64,000 nucleotides of DNA from Minisyncoccota bacterium (GTDB lineage: Bacteria; Patescibacteriota; Minisyncoccia; Phycocordibacterales; WO2-35-19), in NCBI GenBank assembly GCA_041664625.1, contig JBAYKK010000003.1:4331-68330 (forward strand), written 5' to 3'. The notes beneath the pieces are model-generated. The model was not told where the DNA came from and did no database searches. It worked only from the letters and a program-made list of their open reading frames with translations. Every line of letters starts with the position of its first letter. Within the stretch, counting starts at the first letter, position 1. A program made the translations under genes and the position numbers. This document shows positions 28,942 through 38,760 of this stretch, piece by piece.

Positions 28942-30348
28942 TTATTTATGGGTGACGGTTTGCACGTAGATTTTGGAAGGACTGGTTGGGAAAGATTGCT
29001 TCCAAATAGGTTTTATAATAGATGTTATACCCGAAATACCATTGTACTCTTTGATAAGTTGGGCAGCGTCTTTTTTGGGAGCGCCTAGTAATCTGGTTTT
29101 TATGGCATCTGTATCAATATCAGCTATGACTTCTGCTGGACCGATTATTTCAAGATTTAACCTTGTATTGTTATCAAAATTTTGAGGAGGGGTTTTTATT
29201 TTTAAAAGAGAGAAGTCGCTCACTATAGATCTGATATTTTGCCAATCAGGAGATTTGGAAATGTATTGTTCGGTTATTATTTTTGATAAATCTTGTTTAT
29301 TTAACATTATTGCGTAAGCTGTTATTTCTTTGCCTACCACTACTGATGAAGATTCGTCTTTGGTTGCTAACTCTTTGGAATTGAACACGATAGAACCTTC
29401 TATCACTGTAAGCCCTTCAGGTATTTTAGCAGTTAAACTTTTTTTGAGGTTGATTTGAGCTTCGGAATCTATATTGGTCAAAGCGGCTTGTTTCGCGGTT
29501 GGATCAGCGATTTTCTTTTTGCCTATAAAACCGCCAGTCATGTCGGTAGTGGATTTGGCATAAAACTTTTTGAAACGTGTAGCATCGCTTTTAAAACCTG
29601 GGATAGTGAAATCAGTCTTTTTGATATTATATTTTTCTCCGGCTTCATCGGCAAAGATCTCTACCTCGATGCTTCCTGGGGTCTCAACCCCCGCTTTGAT
29701 AGTTTTACCTGGAATGATGACGGATTCTGCTATTCTGAAAATAAAACCATCTGGATTTTCAAATCTAGTGCGAACTATAAGTCTTTGTGGTTCGGCAGAA
29801 AAATCATTGTAAATTATGATTTTGCCCGAAGCTTTTAATTCCACGGCTTGTTCGTCAGTAGTAGGTATTGATGCGGTTTTTGATTCTGATAATTTGAGGA
29901 TTTCGTATCTCACTGTGTTTTCTGCCAGCTCCCCTGCCACTCCCACTATCTGTGTATCTACTTCAACAGTTTGAGATTTGGGAGTTATACTTATGGTTGC
30001 TGAAGCAAAAACCGTCATCATCAAAACAACAAAAACCCCTACCAGAGCGACGGTCAGTGCTCCAAAAAATAAAGGTTTTTTGGATTTTTTAGGAAAATTG
30101 TCGATTTGTTTGGGTTCAGTTTTTTCCTTTGGGTAGTAATACTCGTATGGGCCTGTCTCTGTGCTATCAACTGGTTTAATCTGTTCTGGTTCTTTCTGAA
30201 AAACTGGCTCAATTTTGGTTATGTTTATTGATCCAGGTTTATTGACCGGAGTTGGGACTTTCCTTTTGCCACTATTTGGGATAGGAATATCGCGGATACT
30301 TCTTCTGTTGTCGGGTGGAGTGACATCGCTAAATTGTATTCTAGGCAT
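28942..30348 (-). CDS. Membrane-anchored hypothetical protein (baseplate J-like domain, CPR family)
   Basis: Single TM; KASGKIIIYN, ADEAGEKYNI..TDFTIPG, TGGF motifs. Confidence 0.7.
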   Translation of the reverse strand: MPRIQFSDVTPPDNRRSIRDIPIPNSGKRKVPTPVNKPGSINITKIEPVFQKEPEQIKPVDSTETGPYEYYYPKEKTEPKQIDNFPKKSKKPLFFGALTVALVGVFVVLMMTVFASATISITPKSQTVEVDTQIVGVAGELAENTVRYEILKLSESKTASIPTTDEQAVELKASGKIIIYNDFSAEPQRLIVRTRFENPDGFIFRIAESVIIPGKTIKAGVETPGSIEVEIFADEAGEKYNIKKTDFTIPGFKSDATRFKKFYAKSTTDMTGGFIGKKKIADPTAKQAALTNIDSEAQINLKKSLTAKIPEGLTVIEGSIVFNSKELATKDESSSVVVGKEITAYAIMLNKQDLSKIITEQYISKSPDWQNIRSIVSDFSLLKIKTPPQNFDNNTRLNLEIIGPAEVIADIDTDAIKTRLLGAPKKDAAQLIKEYNGISGITSIIKPIWKQSFPTSPSKIYVQTVTHK

Positions 30349-30408
30349 ACATATATTATACACCTACTCTTTGCATTTTGCGCAAGAAATATGTGGAAAA
30401 ATGGGTTA

Positions 30409-32253
30409 TTATTGGAGTACAGCTTTTATGCGGCGGACGCCGGCCGAGACCGCTTCTTCTTTTATTATTTTGAAAACTCTTTTTTTACTCTTATCCCTTG
30501 GGTTCTCCTCTGGACCTTCAATACTGGCTAAGTCGCCAGTATTTACGGCATGAGGTCCACCACAAAACTCTCGACTGAAAGGAGATCCTGAGGTATCCGA
30601 AGGGTTTGGACCAATTACATAAATACTTACTTCATCGCCATACTTATCACCAAAAGCATGTACTGCTCCAGTTTTTTCGGCATCAATTTTTTTCATCACT
30701 AGTTTGATCACTGGTAGTTTCTCGGCAATTTTTTGATTGACTAGGTCCTCTACTTTTTGTTTTTGTTCATCAGTGAGTTTGCTGTCGTGGTTGAAATCAA
30801 ACCTTAGTCGTTCAGCGGTGATGTTGCTACCCTTTTGCATGACTTTTTCTCCCAAGACAATTTCTAGGGCTTGACGCAAAAGATGAGTAGCGGTGTGGAG
30901 TTTTTTGGTTTCTTCACCAGCGTCTGATAGCCCACCTTTAAACATACCACTACCTGCGGTGCGAGAAAGTTCTTGGTGTTTTTTTAGTTCTTCATTAAAT
31001 TTGTTTTCGTCTATCTCGGTCCCATTTTCTTTGGCTAATTCTTTTGTTAATTCTAGAGGAAAACCGTAAGAAGTGAAAAGAGTGAACGGGTCGACACCTT
31101 TCTCAAATTCTTTCAGACCATTCTCCAAAGTTTTTTCAAATTTTTCTTCTTCTTGTTGCAAGTTATTAAAAATAAAATCTTGGTTCCTTTCTAATTCTGG
31201 ATAAACTGTTTTGTATATTTCTATCACCACTTTTGTTATTTCTTTGGTGAAATTTTTAATACCTAGTTGTTTGCCGTACCTAACCGCCCTACGGATAAGT
31301 CTACGCAAAACATAACCCTGACCGGTGTTGCTTGGAGCGATACCCTTTTCGTCTCCCAAAATAAAGACGCTCGCTTTCAAATGGTCAGCGATGATACGCA
31401 TAGCTTTCAAATTTTCTTCATATTTTTTGCCCGAAAGTTCTTCTACTTTTTTTATAATTGGCCAAAAGAGCTCGGTTTTGTAATTGTCGTCTAAACCGTT
31501 TATGACGGCGAGAGTGCGTTCAAGTCCCATACCAGTATCTACATTTTTTTGGGTGAGTGGTACAAATTTGCTCTCGGCTGTTTTGTTGTATTGCATGAAA
31601 ACATCGTTCCAGATTTCCAACCATTTTGAATTATCGTCATTGAAACTTTCTGGGGTTTCTTTGGGGTCGCCCGTCCAATAAAACATCTCGGTATCTGGTC
31701 CGCAAGGTCCGGTCTCACCGGCAGGTCCCCACCAATTATTTTTCTTTGGTAATTTAGCTATTCTTTTTTCTGAAATTCCAAGAGATTGCCATTTTGCAAA
31801 AGCTTCTTTGTCTTCGTTAGCATCTTCATCTCCTATAAATATAGAGACAGCTAGTCGGTCTTTGTCGAGGTCTAGCCACTCTTTGGAAGTTAAAAATTCA
31901 AAGCTATATTCAATGGCTTCTTTTTTGAAATACCCGCCTAGCGTCGACGAGTCTCCGTTAGTCGAGGCTGGACCTCCCAGAGACCAGTTGCCGAGCATTT
32001 CAAAAAAAGTATGATGGCAATAATCCCCCACTTCATCTATGTCTCCCGTGCGGATACATTTTTGAACATTGGTCAGTCTGGAACCTAATGGGTGTTTTTC
32101 ACCAAGTAAGTAAGGTACCAACGGGTGCATCCCCGCCGTAGTGAAAAGTACCGAAGGATCGTTTTCGGGTATGAGCGAAGCGCTCGGCATCACCTTATGC
32201 CCTTTGCTCTCAAAAAATGCCAAATATTTTTTTCTAATTTCGTTTGAGGTCAT
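30409..32253 (-). CDS. alaS: Alanine--tRNA ligase (short, no C-Ala domain)
   Basis: LFTTAGM, HHTFFEMLGNWS, DTGMGLER, HTATHLL, EFCGGPH. Confidence 0.96.
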   Translation of the reverse strand: MTSNEIRKKYLAFFESKGHKVMPSASLIPENDPSVLFTTAGMHPLVPYLLGEKHPLGSRLTNVQKCIRTGDIDEVGDYCHHTFFEMLGNWSLGGPASTNGDSSTLGGYFKKEAIEYSFEFLTSKEWLDLDKDRLAVSIFIGDEDANEDKEAFAKWQSLGISEKRIAKLPKKNNWWGPAGETGPCGPDTEMFYWTGDPKETPESFNDDNSKWLEIWNDVFMQYNKTAESKFVPLTQKNVDTGMGLERTLAVINGLDDNYKTELFWPIIKKVEELSGKKYEENLKAMRIIADHLKASVFILGDEKGIAPSNTGQGYVLRRLIRRAVRYGKQLGIKNFTKEITKVVIEIYKTVYPELERNQDFIFNNLQQEEEKFEKTLENGLKEFEKGVDPFTLFTSYGFPLELTKELAKENGTEIDENKFNEELKKHQELSRTAGSGMFKGGLSDAGEETKKLHTATHLLRQALEIVLGEKVMQKGSNITAERLRFDFNHDSKLTDEQKQKVEDLVNQKIAEKLPVIKLVMKKIDAEKTGAVHAFGDKYGDEVSIYVIGPNPSDTSGSPFSREFCGGPHAVNTGDLASIEGPEENPRDKSKKRVFKIIKEEAVSAGVRRIKAVLQ

Positions 32254-32323
32254 ATATATAAATTAACATATTTAATCACTATTTTGGACTTGACATAATC
32301 TGTAGATTTGCTATACTTATGAC

Positions 32324-32402
32324 ATAAGTGCCTTCGGGCTCGCCTCCGCAAGGGGTCAAAAAGACAAAAACCATCAAAGATTTATTTTGATGGTTTTTGT
32401 TA
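32324..32402 (+). ncRNA. Putative small RNA antisense to the 3' end of the PemK-like remnant
   Basis: TTGACA-N16-TATACT (32290-32317); c(UUCG)g and c(GCAA)g tetraloop hairpins; terminator hairpin 32364-32400. Confidence 0.5.
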
Positions 32403-32508
32403 TCTTGTTAAAAATATCTTTATCCAAAAAACCTAAATAAAGTTTACTTTCTCCATTTTCGTGGATTATTTTTTTATTTTTATTCCAACTATCAAAATCC
32501 TTTTGCAT
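32374..32508 (-). pseudogene. Internally deleted PemK/MazF-like toxin remnant (44 aa)
   Basis: MQKDFDSWNKNKKIIHENGESKLY joined to LGFLDKDIFNKITKTIKINL resembles the N- and C-termini of CPR PemK-like toxins (from recall); catalytic core absent. Confidence 0.6.
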
Positions 32509-32556
32509 TTTGTTCAAAATCTAAAAATAGTGGTGCGTAACATCAACTCCATATTG

Positions 32557-33072
32557 TTATTTTATATATTTTTCTTTGTTAAGTATTTTAGCGAAGGCAA
32601 TTTGAATTGCTTGCGAAAGAATATCTTCTCTTTTAATCATTCCTCCAGAAAAATATTTTCCAGTATCTTTTTCGGAGTCACCAGATAATCTTTTGGTTAT
32701 TTCTCCACCTTCTGTGTCTCTTTCTTTTATTTCCTCTATTACCCAATCTGGTATAGAAATCCCTGAGCTAAAAGTTATGGATTCATCATTCGCTTTCGTT
32801 TTGATATAAATACAAGCAATATCAAAATAATTTCCCTCAATTTCAACTAATCCATTTTCTATACCGACTGTAAAATCTGAGCTCGTTTCGTCGAGAGCTT
32901 GTTGTGCTCTGTTTTTGGCCCCTATTATCATTTCTCCATAACCGAATGGCTGTTTTGATATACCAGAGTCAGCCTTTACAGGTAAAACATTGGCTTCTAT
33001 TTGGATATTATCAAGAGCATTTTTCAACGCCCGCACTTTTAATCCACTTGTTGTACCTACGGCAATTTTCAT
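32557..33072 (-). CDS. Inosine/xanthosine triphosphatase (YjjX family)
   Basis: AVGTTS..KV.A, SGISKQP, GAKNRA, GIENG. Confidence 0.85.
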   Translation of the reverse strand: MKIAVGTTSGLKVRALKNALDNIQIEANVLPVKADSGISKQPFGYGEMIIGAKNRAQQALDETSSDFTVGIENGLVEIEGNYFDIACIYIKTKANDESITFSSGISIPDWVIEEIKERDTEGGEITKRLSGDSEKDTGKYFSGGMIKREDILSQAIQIAFAKILNKEKYIK

Positions 33073-33509
33073 TTTGTTTGATTTTTAATATTTTCTAAAT
33101 CTCCATGAAGGCAAATTGGGTCCATTGCTATTATTTCATCAGAATAGCTCAAATCCATCGGTATGTCATTAAACAAAAAAATCTTTTTATCGTTTACAAA
33201 CGCTTGACCCATTTCTATTAAAACATTTCCACCAATATAATTTTTTATGTCTTTTTTCTCATTATTTATAACAAGAATAGCATCACTTTCCAGTATATTT
33301 TTATAATGGGCTCGGAAGTAGTCGTTCTTTCTTCTATGTTCTGAATCGTCCCCTGGATTAATAGTTTCAACAAAAGCTAATTTTTCTCCTCTGACATGAG
33401 CTTCATAATCTGGGTGTATGTGGCCTTCATATCCTAGTTTGCACAAAAGGTTTTTGGATTCAACCATATGATTTACAAAACTATTGCTTCCTAAGACATA
33501 TATTTTCAT
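33069..33509 (-). CDS. Hypothetical protein, nucleoside 2-deoxyribosyltransferase-like fold
   Basis: SDAILVIN, YIGGNVLIEMG.A...KKIFL. Confidence 0.6.
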   Translation of the reverse strand: MKIYVLGSNSFVNHMVESKNLLCKLGYEGHIHPDYEAHVRGEKLAFVETINPGDDSEHRRKNDYFRAHYKNILESDAILVINNEKKDIKNYIGGNVLIEMGQAFVNDKKIFLFNDIPMDLSYSDEIIAMDPICLHGDLENIKNQTK

Positions 33510-33603
33510 TCATCCATTTTACAACAAAGAAGGTTGGTTTCCAATTTGATTTTAGGGGAATTTAAGGTTATATTTGTGGAACTATTACTTTAAATTTATA
33601 AAA

Positions 33604-34872
33604 ATGAATTACAAAAAAAAGGTCTTAAAAAATGGTTTGCGGGTTATAGCTGTGCCGATCAAAGGCTCACCTTCAGTCACAGTGATGAGTTTGGTAGAAG
33701 CTGGCTCAAAATATGAAAACAAACAAAACAATGGTATCTCCCATTTTTTGGAGCATATGTGTTTTAAGGGTACAAACAAAAGACTTAAGGCTATAGATAT
33801 TTCTAGAGAGTTTGATGCTATGGGTGCTCAAAACAACGCTTTCACTTCTGAGGAAGTGACGGGTTATTGGGGCAAAGCTTCCAATAAACACACTGATAAA
33901 CTTTTGGACATTATTGCTGATATGTATTTGAACCCAACTTTGCCGGCTGATGATTTGGAAATTGAAAAAGGCGTGATCATAGAAGAAATAAATATGTATG
34001 AAGATTTGCCTCAAAGATTGGTGCAAGAAGTTTTTAATGGGCTCTTATACGGTGATCAGCCAGCTGGTTGGTCTGTGGCCGGCACCAAAGAAAATGTGCG
34101 CGGTTTTAAACGTGAGGATTTTGTAAATTATAGAAAACAAAATTACGTAGCTTCGGCCACTACTATCGTCATAGCTGGAGACGTTGAAGCTTCTGATATT
34201 TTCAAAAAAGTAGCAAAAGCTTTTGCTGGTATACCGACTACCAAAAAATTGGCTAAGAAAAAAGTGATAGAAAAGCAAAGTGAACCGCAAGTTAAATTGA
34301 AATTTAAAGAAACCGATCAAACTCATTTGGTTATTGGGGTGAGAAGTTTTGATTTGTATGACAAAAGAGCACCAGCTTTGAGATTGCTTTCAGTGGTGCT
34401 TGGTAATGGCATGAGTTCTCGACTTTTCCAAAAAATGAGAGAGGAACTTGGTATTTGTTATTACGTGAGATGTTCGGCTGATAGTCTGACTGATCATGGA
34501 GTGTTTGCAATCTCAGCCGGAGTTGATTCAAATAGAGTAGAGCAAGGTATCAAAGGTATTTTGGAAGAGCTTATAAGAATCAGAGATGAAAAAATACCAG
34601 AAGCAGAGTTGCGCAAAGCCAAAGATTATTTGATTGGTAATATGTATTTGGGTTTGGAGTCCTCCGATGCGCAGGCCAACTTTTTTGGTTTTCAAGAAAT
34701 AATGAAAGAAAAAATAAAAACTCCTAAAGAAATAGAAAAAGAAATTGAAAAAATCACGGCTTCTGATATTGCCAAATTAGCCAAACAAATTATCGTAAAC
34801 AAAAATCTCAATATGGCGATCGTCGGCAAGTATCAAGACGATTCTCGTTTCAAAAATATCTTGAAGGTTTAA
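33604..34872 (+). CDS. M16 family peptidase (housekeeping-type)
   Basis: GISHFLEHMCFKGT, NAFTS, EKGVIIEE, SSRLFQ. Confidence 0.93.
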   Translation: MNYKKKVLKNGLRVIAVPIKGSPSVTVMSLVEAGSKYENKQNNGISHFLEHMCFKGTNKRLKAIDISREFDAMGAQNNAFTSEEVTGYWGKASNKHTDKLLDIIADMYLNPTLPADDLEIEKGVIIEEINMYEDLPQRLVQEVFNGLLYGDQPAGWSVAGTKENVRGFKREDFVNYRKQNYVASATTIVIAGDVEASDIFKKVAKAFAGIPTTKKLAKKKVIEKQSEPQVKLKFKETDQTHLVIGVRSFDLYDKRAPALRLLSVVLGNGMSSRLFQKMREELGICYYVRCSADSLTDHGVFAISAGVDSNRVEQGIKGILEELIRIRDEKIPEAELRKAKDYLIGNMYLGLESSDAQANFFGFQEIMKEKIKTPKEIEKEIEKITASDIAKLAKQIIVNKNLNMAIVGKYQDDSRFKNILKV

Positions 34873-35502
34873 TTACAAATCTTTCAAAATTTCAAAGTCG
34901 GCTTTGAGGATGTCTAAAGTGTGAGAGTTGTAGACGGCTACACAAGGGTGGTAGAGCGGTATCACTTTTATTTCACGATTTTTCCATCCCCACTTCGCTA
35001 AAGCTTCGTGGGGCATAGCAAAAACTCGGCCGTGCATTTTGCCTATCGGAAGTAGCTCTGACTCCAAACCGAGTTTTGGCATGATATAACTCATGGCGTA
35101 GCGACCGAGAGTGGCTATCACTTGCGGTTGGACTATTTCAATTTGCCTATCCAAAAATGGTCCGTAAATTTCTATTTCTTCGGGTAGTGGGTCTCGGTTT
35201 TTGGGTGGGCGATCTTTGACTATGTTGGTGATGTAAATCTCTTCTCTTTTTAAACCAGTAGAATTTAAAAGTTCGTCCAATATTTGCCCTGCCCGACCGC
35301 AAAAAGGTCGACCGGTCTTGGCTTCGTTTTTACCGGGAGCTTCACCTATAAACATTATTTTGGCGGAGTGGCTACCATCACCGATGACTGGTAGATTTTT
35401 ATTTTCAATCCTGAATTTATAAAGTGGCGAATTTTTCAAGGCCACCACTTCATCTTTTATTTGCCTCATCATTTCTTTTCGCTCATCTATATCTCGTGAC
35501 AT
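34873..35502 (-). CDS. Uracil-DNA glycosylase family 4
   Basis: IGEAPG, GRPFCG.AG, YITNIVK.RPP.NRDP, YHP. Confidence 0.93.
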   Translation of the reverse strand: MSRDIDERKEMMRQIKDEVVALKNSPLYKFRIENKNLPVIGDGSHSAKIMFIGEAPGKNEAKTGRPFCGRAGQILDELLNSTGLKREEIYITNIVKDRPPKNRDPLPEEIEIYGPFLDRQIEIVQPQVIATLGRYAMSYIMPKLGLESELLPIGKMHGRVFAMPHEALAKWGWKNREIKVIPLYHPCVAVYNSHTLDILKADFEILKDL

Positions 35503-35586
35503 AAGGCAATAATATCACAGAGCTGACTGGTTACTTAATCTTGTTTTATATCAAATATTTATTATAATACGAAACTGGGAGTTGCT

Positions 35587-35880
35587 ATGAGAAATGAATT
35601 GTTAGTAGCCCTAGTTAGAGCGGATGCGTCTCTGTATCATGATGCCAAAAGAGGGCTCGCAGTGCCGAAGACCAAACCCTGCAGGCTCCTTGCGTATGAA
35701 ATCAGATTTTCCAACAAGAAAAATCATAGATTTACTGCGAGGAGTGACCAAGAAGCTCGGTTTTTCGCCAAGGATATCATGGGTATCAACAACAATTTAA
35801 CGGTGGAAAAATTCCACAAAAAAGGTGGTGTCGCTATCTTTTGTGGCGATAGACAGATTTTCCCACCGTTGAGGAAATAA
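35587..35880 (+). CDS. Hypothetical protein
   Basis: 97-aa ORF with SD GGGAG, TATAAT upstream, hairpin at 35921-35945. Confidence 0.55.
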   Translation: MRNELLVALVRADASLYHDAKRGLAVPKTKPCRLLAYEIRFSNKKNHRFTARSDQEARFFAKDIMGINNNLTVEKFHKKGGVAIFCGDRQIFPPLRK

Positions 35881-35943
35881 AAACAGAAACAGAATAAGAA
35901 TTAAAACAGAAATTGTTTTGAGGCGGGGGCCTTCCCCCGCTTT

Positions 35944-36684
35944 TCATTTTATAGAATTATTGATGGAATTTATGTATTTACAATAATCGCAATTAGGAGA
36001 AGATTTGGGTAAGTCGTCCGAGTCCAAACACTTTTTCATATCGTGCAAAGTTTTTTCTACCCACTTGTCTGAGCCGGTATAAGGAATTATTTTTATATCA
36101 AATTCAAGTTTGCCGTCAAAAGCTTCCCTATCTCTCTTGCCATTACAATAAACAAAATAACCAGTATCAGAAACTTTTAAATCATTGTGACGCAGGAGCC
36201 ACTGGTACACTTCCATCTGTCTTTTGTAACCGTTTTGCCATTCTGCGTCCAGACTTACCTCTTCGTCTTTGCTGGTGGCTTTGTAGTCTACTACTACCAG
36301 TTCACCATCTGAAGTTTGCCAAATATCATCAACTGCTCCAAAAACAATGAAGTTGGTTGGTTCGTGAAAAGCTTCTACACCGGTGAAATTTTCTCGCCAT
36401 TTTTCCATTCGCGGATCGTCAAATGGCACAGCTTCTATGCCGTATGAGTCCATCAAAGGGTGTGGAGTTTTTTGTTTGCGATGGACATCAAATTCTTTTT
36501 TGAGCAAAAGGTCTACTGCACTGTTTAAGTTGAAGGGGAAACCTTGAGGTCGTGAGACCCCTACTCGCCTATCCAAATAAAAACAGCGTGGGCATTCTAC
36601 AAACAAATCTATTTTGGATCTGCTGACTTTGAAAGCCTCCTCTGCTTTTGGGTCGTATAATTTTTTGCGGTAAAAAGCCGTCAT
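35944..36684 (-). CDS. PD-(D/E)XK nuclease family protein (RecB/AddB/Cas4-like)
   Basis: SRSKI..F.ECPRC, GAVDD, VVDYKAT, QMEVY, C-terminal CDYC. Confidence 0.85.
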   Translation of the reverse strand: MTAFYRKKLYDPKAEEAFKVSRSKIDLFVECPRCFYLDRRVGVSRPQGFPFNLNSAVDLLLKKEFDVHRKQKTPHPLMDSYGIEAVPFDDPRMEKWRENFTGVEAFHEPTNFIVFGAVDDIWQTSDGELVVVDYKATSKDEEVSLDAEWQNGYKRQMEVYQWLLRHNDLKVSDTGYFVYCNGKRDREAFDGKLEFDIKIIPYTGSDKWVEKTLHDMKKCLDSDDLPKSSPNCDYCKYINSINNSIK

Positions 36685-36694
36685 AGTTTATAAA

Positions 36695-37531
36695 TTAGGA
36701 TTTTTGAATCAAATCTATTTCGGCTAACATATCGGCGATTTTTTCATCTGAGAGGCCGGCTTGTTTCAAAATATCTGGATTTTCGCGAGCTTGACGACAG
36801 AGCACGATGCCAGCTTGCATCAAAAGTCTTTCGTCGCTAGGAGTGCTTGAGTTGAGACAAGTGATGGGGTGCAAATGAGCTGCTTCAATCAAATCTTGCA
36901 AATTGCCTTGCTCGGGATAGTTCCAACCAACCAATTTCATATTGCGACATTTGGCATAATTTATAGCTGACTCAGAAAATTTGGTATTGGTCACTAGCCA
37001 ACCCTCATCAAGTTTGCGTTCTTTACCAAAATCAAAAATACTGTTAATCAAATCGTCCCATCTGGCTTTGACATAAAGAGCCACTTTCAAATCAGATTTG
37101 ATACCAAGTTCATTATGGAATTTGGCTTCTACCATTATGAGTTTTTCTGTATTCCAAGCAACTATATCTACTTCGTGTTCGGCGCATTCACCTTGAGCGA
37201 TGAAGTCGGTAGTAGTTTCAAAACCTTTGGCGCGGAAAATTTCAGCCACGAATTGTTCAAATGGAAATCCGGTAGGTCCTAACTCCATCACTGCTCTACG
37301 AAGCGAGTATCTAGCTGCGGCTGGTATTTCTTCTTTGCCTAAAAGCATGAAGGCTCGACGATAAATGTCTTTAGTTGTGTCCCCTTCTTTAAGTTCATCT
37401 TCTATTTGGCTGATTACTTTTTCTGATGATTCTATACTTGCGCCAGCTCTAGCCAAAGATTCTCTTAATTTTTGGGGATTGAATTCCTCTTTTTCGCCGG
37501 TCGCTTTGATTATATAAATTTGTTTTTGCAT
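36695..37531 (-). CDS. ATP-cone plus restriction-endonuclease-like domain protein
   Basis: IIKATGEKEEF...KL..SL ATP cone; FPFEQFV, EVDIVA, VEAKFH, LVTNTKF. Confidence 0.85.
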   Translation of the reverse strand: MQKQIYIIKATGEKEEFNPQKLRESLARAGASIESSEKVISQIEDELKEGDTTKDIYRRAFMLLGKEEIPAAARYSLRRAVMELGPTGFPFEQFVAEIFRAKGFETTTDFIAQGECAEHEVDIVAWNTEKLIMVEAKFHNELGIKSDLKVALYVKARWDDLINSIFDFGKERKLDEGWLVTNTKFSESAINYAKCRNMKLVGWNYPEQGNLQDLIEAAHLHPITCLNSSTPSDERLLMQAGIVLCRQARENPDILKQAGLSDEKIADMLAEIDLIQKS

Positions 37532-37570
37532 ATTCCTATTTTATACTAGATGCTTGTTGCTGGCTACTTA

Positions 37571-38740
37571 CTACTTGATAATGCCACCACCGAGGCAAGT
37601 CTCGCCATCACCTGCCTTGCCGGCAGGCAGGTATAAAACCAAAGATTGACCAGGCGCTACACCGTTTTGAGGTTTGTCAAAAGTCACTGATATTTGGTTA
37701 TTTTCTTTTGAAATACGACAAGCGATTTTTTCTTGACGGTATCTCACTCGGCATTGAATCTTTTTGTTTGGGATTTCGCCACTAAGATTTACATCAGTGA
37801 GAATTACTTTTTGTGGAGTATCACTAGTGCTACGGAACTTCTCGGCAACTGTTATAGTATTTTTTTTGATATCTTTAGCTATCACATACACAGGGCTACC
37901 CTGTGCGGTTTTTTGAAGTATGGTGAAGCCGTGGCGTTCGCCAATAGTAAAAAATAAAGCACCATTATGAAAACCTATTATTTCTCCTTTTTCATTCAAG
38001 ACTTTCCCTTCTTTTTGAGGCATGTAGCGAGATAAAAATTCTTTCATATCGACTTTACCCAAGAAGCAAAGGCCTTGGCTATCTTTGCGAGTTTCTTGTG
38101 GCAGGCCAAATTTACCCGCCAATTTACGGACTTCTGATTTTTGCAGATGACCTATGGGGAATAAAACATGTTTGAGCTGATCTTGGTTTAGGGTCCAGAG
38201 GAAGTAGCTTTGATCCTTGTTCGGATCAGCTCCTTCCTTAAGTAGCCAGTAGTTAGTAGCCAGTAGCCAGGGTTCTAAATTTGTTTTTTTATTTTTACTA
38301 GATGCTAGATGCTTACTACTAACTACTTTTTTACAAGCGTAGTGTCCAGTAGCGACAAAATCAGCACCATTTTTTAAAGCAAATTTCAAGAAGTGACCAA
38401 ACTTGATTTCTTTGTTGCACATCACATCTGGGTTGGGAGTGCGACCGATTTTGTATTCAGCTATCATATAATCCACTACTTCTTTTTTGTATTCTTTTTC
38501 TAGGTCCAAGGTGATAAAAGGAATATCCAAAATAGCCGCTACTCTCATAGCGCTTCGGCGGTCTTCTTTCCAGGTACAAGGATAACCTTCGGGTGTCCAA
38601 GCTTTGATGAATACCCCAGTTACCTCGAAGCCTTCTTTTTGAAGCAAGGCAGCGCTCACCGCACTATCTACCCCACCCGAAAGCCCGACAAATACTTTTT
38701 GGCTGTTTGTTTTTTTGTTTTTTATGTTTTTCACTTTCAA
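37571..38740 (-). CDS. mnmA: tRNA 2-thiouridylase MnmA
   Basis: SGGVDS, TPNPDVMCN, ATGHYA, KDQSYFL, DSQGLCF. Confidence 0.96.
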   Translation of the reverse strand: MKVKNIKNKKTNSQKVFVGLSGGVDSAVSAALLQKEGFEVTGVFIKAWTPEGYPCTWKEDRRSAMRVAAILDIPFITLDLEKEYKKEVVDYMIAEYKIGRTPNPDVMCNKEIKFGHFLKFALKNGADFVATGHYACKKVVSSKHLASSKNKKTNLEPWLLATNYWLLKEGADPNKDQSYFLWTLNQDQLKHVLFPIGHLQKSEVRKLAGKFGLPQETRKDSQGLCFLGKVDMKEFLSRYMPQKEGKVLNEKGEIIGFHNGALFFTIGERHGFTILQKTAQGSPVYVIAKDIKKNTITVAEKFRSTSDTPQKVILTDVNLSGEIPNKKIQCRVRYRQEKIACRISKENNQISVTFDKPQNGVAPGQSLVLYLPAGKAGDGETCLGGGIIK

Positions 38741-38760
38741 ACCTTACAACATTTTTGGTT

